Shown one piece after another: positions 55,246 to 64,000 of a stretch of DNA of 64,000 bases; the stretch's first letter is position 1, and every line of letters starts with the position of its first letter. Below the pieces are notes generated by a model. The model searched no databases. It had not been told where the DNA came from and saw only the letters and a program-made list of their open reading frames with translations. Source of the stretch: Eledone cirrhosa. Its lineage: Eukaryota. A program made the position numbers and the translations under genes. The stretch lies in NCBI GenBank assembly GCA_964016885.1, contig OZ024741.1, positions 370,264,001 to 370,328,000 of the forward strand. The letters are read 5' to 3'.

Positions 55246-55931
55246 TATATATACATACATTGATACGCGGATACATATATATCTATATATATCTGTGTGT
55301 GTGTGTGTAAAAAGAGATATAGATAGAGAGAGGAGTAGATACCTAGATATTTCGTTACCTTTGAAGATACCTGCTGAACGGCGTCCACATATATTGAGTT
55401 ACATAATTTAATCTCAAAGAATGAAAAAATTCCTTAACTAGTCACCCCACCCTCTCACAATATATTGATCGATATAGTCATTAACTGGGATTCGAACATA
55501 GATCATCTAAAAGTGAATTATTTTTACAACTGTAAATTATCTATGTATGTATGGTCTCCTAACTCCCTTCTGAGGGATTTGTAGAAACGCCGTATTGACA
55601 TACGGCGTTTCTTGGGGGCATATTTTAAACCTGGCAGAGCCCCTCTGCTCTCCAGGCCTGAATACAGCAGATCTCTCCCAGAGAAGGATAGCAAGTGAGA
55701 AAGAGATATAGAGGAAGCATAGACCCCAGTACTAGACTGGTACTCACATTATATCGACCTTGAATGGATGAAAGGCAAAGTTGACCTCGCCCGGATTTGA
55801 CCGAAACGAATACCGCAAAGCATTCTATTCGATGATCTAACGATTCTGTTAATTTTCCACTTTTTAAATTATCGATAAATTAGAGAAATATCATGTATGT
55901 ATAAGTGGGGTCGCTGGTGTGTTTATATAAA

Positions 55932-56478
55932 TACGAGGTGTGTCAGAAAAGTTCCAGCACTGATGTCACAAAAATTTATTTCAAACCTAAATTTCACACT
56001 AAGAGTTTTCTCCTTCAAAGTAATCACCCTGGAGTCTAATGTACTTTTCCATCCTTTTCTGCCACGCTTGCACGCACTCCTGGAAGGATTCTTCCGGGAT
56101 CCTCCGCAGTTCCGTCGTCACGGCCTTTTTGATGTCGTCGACGTCTTTAAAACGGGTCCCCTCCGGGTCGTACTCGAAGATCCATGACTCATCACCGGTG
56201 ATGACTGTCCCTAGCAAGTCTGGTTCGGTTTCAAGACGCTCGAGGATGTCCTGGCACACTTGCATGCGTCGACCCTTCTGGTCATGCAGTTTTGGCACCA
56301 TCTTCGCGCAGACTTTCCGCATGTACAAATCTTCAGTGAGAATCTTCCAGACGCTGTCCCGATTCATGCCCAGCTCATTTGCCATCAGTCGAACAGTCAG
56401 CCGACGATCGCTACGCACCATCTGCCTGACGCGCTCAACGTTGACCTCAGTCCTGGTTGTTGAAGGTCTTCCGCTCCT
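55932..56478 (-). mobile_element. Mariner (Tc1/mariner) transposon fragment, internally deleted
   Basis: TACGAGG.. TIR at 55932; SGRPST, KMVPKL, ITGDESWIFEYDPE fused directly to the C-terminal GTRFKDVDDIK...QGDYFEG. Confidence 0.88.
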
Positions 56479-57832
56479 TCCTTCCTTCCTAATCAAACTT
56501 ATTAGACGCTGCCCTCCACCTAGACCAATAGAGAGCACAGCGTGCGCTTCTGCCCCTGGGATATTATCTGGTTCAAGCCACCACACAATGCTGAGGTCGC
56601 CACACTAATAGCTAATAGATTCTCCACATTTATTAAAAGGTACTCACCCCCTCAATACCACTATGAATTATATATTCAGTAGAAACACAAGGAATCTTTC
56701 ATACAACTCCCCACGAAACATCGAACCTTAAATGACGTATCACTTGTTGAGCATAAATAAACCAAGACACAGACATAATAATGTAAAGCCTTCAGCGCGT
56801 CTCCCTTGCCGTCCTTCGTTGAAACGCCTTCTCTATTCTGTCTGCCGGGGTTGTGGGAAGGCCACCAATATGATTGACTGACTTGTCATTTTATCAGTCA
56901 GAAAGTGTAAAGCAACTGTCCTAATTAAAAAAACTACCCACTTTACTTACAATACCGTGAAAATATTCCTGTATATGAAGGCAATATTACCAAGGACCAC
57001 TGTAACAAAGCATACATAGGCTTTATTGCCTGTCGATTCAGAACTATATTTACCAACATCAGCACAGCTTTCGTAACTCAACCTAAATAAACGTTATGAC
57101 ACTTTCTTGCCAAATGTCATACTTATGAGAAAAAAATACAACTTTAATTTCCAATGGAACTTCTTTTACAAGTGAAACGTTATCTCAGGGACGCCATCAT
57201 TGTAATCTTTTTTCCGAAGCGATCATACATATATTGCTCCCCAATCAACCATTTCAAATTGTAATAAAGATTCCAATCTTGTCGCAGCGAATAGGCACAA
57301 GATCTCCAAGACTTAACTCAATTATGCACACACATACAAAATATAGACTATATTCCACACGAAGAAAAAATATAATACGTTGGTCGAATGAACTAAAGCA
57401 TCTAACTTTCTCATCGGCCAATCTTAGGCAATGCAATTTTGTGCATAAAGGTGGAAAGGCATATTATCGAGCTCAGGTTACACAGCGGATTAGAAGAAGC
57501 AGCTGGATGGATTCATATGAGATAACACAACATAGAGATAGAGCAAAACACCGGAATAACTTTCGACTAGGACTGCAAACTGAGTATTTAAAAAACAAAT
57601 AATAATATAATATTTTACGAATGGAAACAGGACAAGATAAATTGCAAACAAGTTGTGGAGAGGGTAACGCCAGAAGGAAGGAAGCATATACAGAATTTCG
57701 TCAAATAAGAGTGAGGGTGTGTGTGTGTGTATGTGAGCGAGATATAGATAGATAGAGATAGATAGATAGGGAGAGAAAGAAAGATAGAGAGTGAGAGAGT
57801 GAGAGAGAGAGAGAGTGAGAGAGAGAGAGAGT

Positions 57833-57903
<71 letters not shown>

Positions 57904-58209
57904 GTCGCATTGGTAAATTAAACAGTTGGTAAGAAAGGGTGCGTAATGTCACAGTAGTACTAAATAGCAAAGTTGCATACGTAAAAAGAAAATGAAATAT
58001 GTGGAATGAATGCTTAAAAGCATCCAGTCCCCGGGAATGAAATTTCGTGTATCTGACGAGGACTGCTACAGATAATTAGGGATATATGAAAATATATCCT
58101 ATGATAGTATTTGTAACAAGTAACGCATAACCAGCTATATATCACCTGAATAAGAAAAGATATCGTCTTCTGAACTCTATGCGCACAATAAATCAGTGAC
58201 ACCACTGTG

Positions 58210-58690
58210 TTTTCTCTGCCTGTCCTGACACCAACATTTGGAATACTTGATGAGACGCAAGACGAAAACTGGAAAAATCCTAACCAACACCAGAATTTTC
58301 CACATCAACAGTGACATAGACTGTCTCTGCCTAAAACGTAAACAGGGCGGCAGAGGCTTAACATTAGTCCAGACAGCATTTGAATGTCGTATCATATCCC
58401 TCCGACATCTACGAACCACCAAAGGTAGAAGCTCATCTATTGAACTGGTCTGTTTACAAGAGACAGATAACATCATGGGAGTTGGGAAGGAGTTCCTTGA
58501 GAAATATTCCCTCCATAAAATCCAAAATTTCAACCCAGGGCAATACCACAACGGATCCATGGATGAAAATCCTGCATGGTTATGTTGCTAGAAAGCTCCA
58601 AAGTAAGAGTAGTAGTCTGTATCTTGGTCCAACAAGTGCCATATTGCTCTCACTTTGAATGATATGCTTTTGCAATCCAAGAACAGGGAA
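58210..58690 (+). mobile_element. Old R4/Dong-like RT fragment
   Basis: KTGKILT...HINSDIDCLCLKRKQGGRGL and W..K.LHG, homologous to the region in the 28-32 kb element. Confidence 0.6.
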
Positions 58691-58772
58691 TAATATATAT
58701 GTAAACAAAACCATTATTGATCCAACCATTGATAACTACCCTAAATATACATACATTTACACTACACATAGT

Positions 58773-59058
58773 GAAGGCGCGTGGCCTAGTGGTAAGGGTG
58801 TTGGATTTACTATCATAAGGTCGTGGGTTCGATTCCTGGGTTGCCTATTGTGTTCTTGAGCAAAACACTTCATTTCACGTTGCTCCAGTATACTCAGCTG
58901 AAAATGAGTACCAGCAATAGCTAGGGGTCTAACCCTGCGATGGATTGGCGTCCTGTCCAGGAGGGGGGAGTCTTGTACTCTCAGTCGCTTCATGCCATGA
59001 AACCAGGATAAGCACCGGCCAAATCAGCCTTCTGGCTTAAGACAGACTTTAGACTTTA
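58773..59058 (+). mobile_element. tRNA-derived SINE, full-length
   Basis: A box TGGCCTAGTGG, B box GGTTCGATTCC, body TGTGTTCTTGAGCAAAACACTT...TTGCTCCAG, short-repeat tail AGACTTT. Confidence 0.88.
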
Positions 59059-59419
59059 AACACTACAAATATACACTGTAAAAAATTACATTCGTAAAAA
59101 CCGAGTCAATCATGAACTAAATGTTTATATTAGAGCTAAGACGTCCTTTATAATCCCTACCTTAGACATCATCCATATATCCAAACCCCTAATCCGCTCT
59201 TAATATGAGTATAGCCGGAACGGACATTTTCATGCTGCAGCCGTCAAATTACGCAGTTTCTGTATAAAAATAAACAATAAATATATGTACATATATATAA
59301 AGTCTGTAACCTCTGCGGAAAGGTTGTTCTTTCTCGAGCTGCGCTTGCTAGTCATTTTAGAGCTCACAGTAATCAACAATTTGGGGTCGAGTGAAAGGGG
59401 TATTCGTGTTAGTTTTGCA

Positions 59420-59673
59420 ACAAAACTTGCAGGTCTGCTGCTTGACTCAAGCGGCACATGGTAATGAGGAGCAACTTACGTTCAGGATTATCCAGGAGCC
59501 TCATGTGTGTCACATCTGTAAAACGGTGTGCAGGAACGGCGTAGGTTTGCGGAGTCATTCGCAGGCTCATGGCTGTTCAGTACAACGTTGAAGAGATCTC
59601 CCCTCCATATGGAGGGGACAAACGGCCCGTTTCCTCGACCGGAATTCCAGAGATACGGAGATCGATTTTACGT

Positions 59674-59680
<7 letters not shown>
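59420..59680 (+). mobile_element. Probable RTE LINE extreme 3' end (C2H2-like finger)
   Basis: HVCHICKTVCRNGVGLRSHSQAH resembles RTE C-terminal fingers; followed by a TA tract. Confidence 0.5.
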
Positions 59681-60812
<1,132 letters not shown>

Positions 60813-60837
60813 TATATATATATATATATATATATAT

Positions 60838-61370
60838 TTCATCCTCAGTGTATACTGATTAATGTTCAGAGCCATCCTCAGCATTCTCGTGTAGCACCCA
60901 TACACCATCTGAGTGAGTATCTTGGTCAGTGTCCAAGACTCAGACCTGTACAGCAACAAAGACTCCACTACAGAAACGAAGAGGCGGATCTTCACGTCTT
61001 CACGTAGGTCCGACTTCCACACCGATCTCAAACTGTGGCACGCCGCCCAGGCTTTGCTCTTCCTCTCAACCACATCATCTTCAGTGTTCCCAATCTTTGC
61101 TCCTAAATACAGGAAGTCCTCAACTAATTCCAGAGGAGACTGAGGTTAGCTGGACATGCTCACCGACATCCAGAGTTGACACTGCACTCAGTGCTCCTGT
61201 GGGAGCCCCTGCAGGCACACATTGGAAGTGGAAGACCAAGGTTAACGTATGTTGATGCTCTAAGGACAGACACTGGTCTGTTGGAGACGCAGGACATGGC
61301 TGTGATAATGGGGGACAGAGACCACTGGAGAGAACTCGTCCATGGATCTCGGGAATTTTACCCACCCTAG
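60838..61370. mobile_element. RTE LINE fragment with 5' inversion
   Basis: 60838-61130 on the minus strand encodes DFLYLGA...ESLLLYRSESWTLTK...TLRMK; 61131-61370 on the plus strand encodes QRRLRLAGH...SREFYPP. Same family as 18650-19100. Confidence 0.88.
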
Positions 61371-61671
61371 ATATATATATATATATATACATCAGGTATG
61401 TATATATGCATATACACACATACATACACAAACAAATATAACTAGCCATCAAAGAATTGTTCACACAAAGTCCAATATAAACTCGTCTGTTTCCATGTTA
61501 GTACGGGTTGATTGTCAGTGATGAAATATCAATAAATCTTGAAACAGCTCTGTCTAACATTCTCAAAATGTACTGGCAACTCTGGGATGTATTCACAGAG
61601 GAAAATACAGAAAACGTTTTCCGTTACGAAAAAATATTTCTTCTTCGATAGTGACGACACACACAGACACA

Positions 61672-61742
<71 letters not shown>

Positions 61743-61772
61743 CGCACACACATACACACACATACACACATG

Positions 61773-61822
<50 letters not shown>

Positions 61823-61890
61823 TATTTATTTAGTTATTTATTTATATATATATATTTATATATATAGATAAATAAATAAATAAATATATA

Positions 61891-61939
61891 TTGCTCCGAT
61901 GACTCCAAACTAAAGTTTGGAAGAAACAATTGTCAGCGA
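61891..61939 (+). ncRNA. Hammerhead ribozyme with one core change (family J)
   Basis: TTGCT-CCGATGA-c-TCCAAAC taaa GTTTGGA-a-GAAA-CAATTG-TC-AGCGA (GUC triplet). Confidence 0.75.
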
Positions 61940-62150
61940 TTAAATGATTTGAACATAACTTTGATACTTGTGTAATTTATATTCCTGCTCTGTAAAACAC
62001 CTGATGTTCTTACATTGAGGTATTTCTCTTACTGGTAGTAAGGTAGTAAGAAACTACTGACCTTTCCTGTTTATAGTTGTTTATAGTATATACATAACTA
62101 TAAATAGTATCTTTATTATTATTATTATATATATATAAGAAATAGGATTT

Positions 62151-62218
<68 letters not shown>

Positions 62219-62238
62219 GATATATATCTATATCTACA

Positions 62239-62293
<55 letters not shown>

Positions 62294-62344
62294 TAACAAA
62301 ATTAATACAAATAAACGTGTACATATGTATATATATATATACAT

Positions 62345-62780
62345 GAATACATACATACATACATACATGCATACATACATACATACATACATACATACAT
62401 ACATGCATGCATACATACATACATACATACATACATACATACAAACATGCATACATACATACATACATACATACATACATACATACATGCATACATATAC
62501 ATACATACATACATACATACATACATACATACATACATACATACATGCATACATGCATGCATACATACATACATACATGCATACAAACATACATACATGC
62601 ATACATACATACATACATACATACATACATACATACATACATACATACATACATACATGCATGCATGCATACATACATGCATACATACATACATACATAC
62701 ATACATACATGCATACATACATACATACATACATACATACATACATACATACATACATACATACATACATACATACATAC
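62345..62780. repeat. (ATAC)n microsatellite
   Basis: Directly visible. Confidence 0.95.
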
Positions 62781-63210
62781 TGTAAGAGTATGTGATAAAA
62801 CATAAAACCAAGATTAATATTTCGGCCCGAACTAGTCACTTAGTACTTTTGGGTAAATATTTCCCCCGGGGGAGGGAATGTTGGCAGGCTGCAGTGATAT
62901 TTGATGTAAACGAGCATAGCAGTGGGCTTGTAAGTCACACATATTCTGTGATATCATGTTGGTAATTAGACAGGGCTAGACAGCGGCCAATTAACTGTAA
63001 CACGTATATACACGCGTGCTACTACCAGCCCCCCACCCCCCATCTCTCACGCATATATAAACACACACACGCACACACCACACATTATATATTTATATAT
63101 ACTTACATTATATTCTGTTGTATATATATATATATTAATGTATATATGTATATGCATATATATATTCATACACACATATATATATATACATATATTATAT
63201 TCTGTATATG

Positions 63211-63241
<31 letters not shown>

Positions 63242-63250
63242 GTGTGTATA

Positions 63251-63604
63251 AATAAAAGGAATTCCAACTTTGTCTAACTTACTCGTTTTATTTACAATCC
63301 TTTAAAATTGTAATTATATTATAATGTAATAGTATGCTAGAATATTAAATGTTAAGTGTTAATTGAACAAGTACTTTCATGCTTTCGCAATCTTCAGGTT
63401 TATATTCAGTGGTGACAGTCAGGTTTACAAACTTAACTGTCACCACTGAATATAAACCTGAAGATTGCGAAAGCATGAAAGTACTTGTTCAATTAACACT
63501 TAACATTTAATATTCTAGCATACTATTACATTATAATATAATTATAATTTTAAAGGATTGTAAATAAAACGAGTAAATCAGACAAAGTTGGAATTCCTTT
63601 TATT
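63251..63604. mobile_element. Head-to-head palindromic cassette, family H
   Basis: Arms mirror around 63427-63428 with few mismatches. Confidence 0.88.
63455..63489 (+). ncRNA. Minimal type-I hammerhead, family H (mirror copy minus 63366-63400)
   Basis: AAC-CTGAAGA-t-TGC gaaa GCA-t-GAAA-GTAC (palindrome)-TT-GTT. Confidence 0.82.
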
Positions 63605-63699
63605 AATATAATCTTCTATACACAATCATACACACCTGTGTATATACACACCTATTTATATATATGCATACATATATATGTATATATATGTGTGTGTAC

Positions 63700-63744
<45 letters not shown>

Positions 63745-63778
63745 TATATATACGTACACACACACACACATATATACA

Positions 63779-63815
<37 letters not shown>

Positions 63816-63947
63816 AGAAGCAGGTATTTATATTTATATTTATATGATAACCAGATTTAATATACGAATATTCATCCAAGCAAATATTATTGTAAGATTT
63901 GTACCGTACAGCATTCATAGGCACACATCTATGATTATATATATATA

Positions 63948-63988
<41 letters not shown>

Positions 63989-64000
63989 ATGTGTATGTGT

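Noticed and set aside
57234-57602. Possible host exon ORF (also 4690-4830 and 54196-54465)
   Set aside because: No recognisable domain or splice context; cannot be supported without a search.
58773-58845. Genuine tRNA gene
   Set aside because: A/B boxes are present but continue into a SINE body and tail; the acceptor stem is not intact.

Overview
Eukaryotic, gene-free, repeat-dense 64 kb window. The abundant (TA)n/(CA)n/(TATC)n tracts and tRNA-derived SINEs suggest an invertebrate, probably a cephalopod/octopus (inference). No host protein-coding exon could be supported, and nearly all listed ORFs are microsatellite artefacts. Recognisable mobile elements: a 5'-truncated Penelope-like element (RT thumb + GIY-YIG, inverted pLTR), a decayed 3.7-kb hAT-like (hATw-type) transposon with ~290-bp TIRs and a 7-bp TSD, a decayed Helitron, a full-length R4/Dong LINE in (TAA)n, three tandem Tx1/L1 LINEs in (ATT)n plus a relative in (TATC)n, RTE fragments, a mariner fragment, SINEs and a 32-bp satellite. 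The most striking signal is non-coding. About 20 minimal type-I hammerhead ribozyme motifs (stem I-CUGANGA-stem II-GAAA-short, often palindromic stem III-NUH-stem I) from roughly 10 unrelated sequence families sit in short cassettes embedded in or next to (TA)n tracts. Many cassettes are head-to-head palindromes whose fold point lies at or upstream of the ribozyme, with one arm carrying the full 3' tail and the other ending at an internal TA microhomology. All structures were read by eye; nothing was computed or searched.
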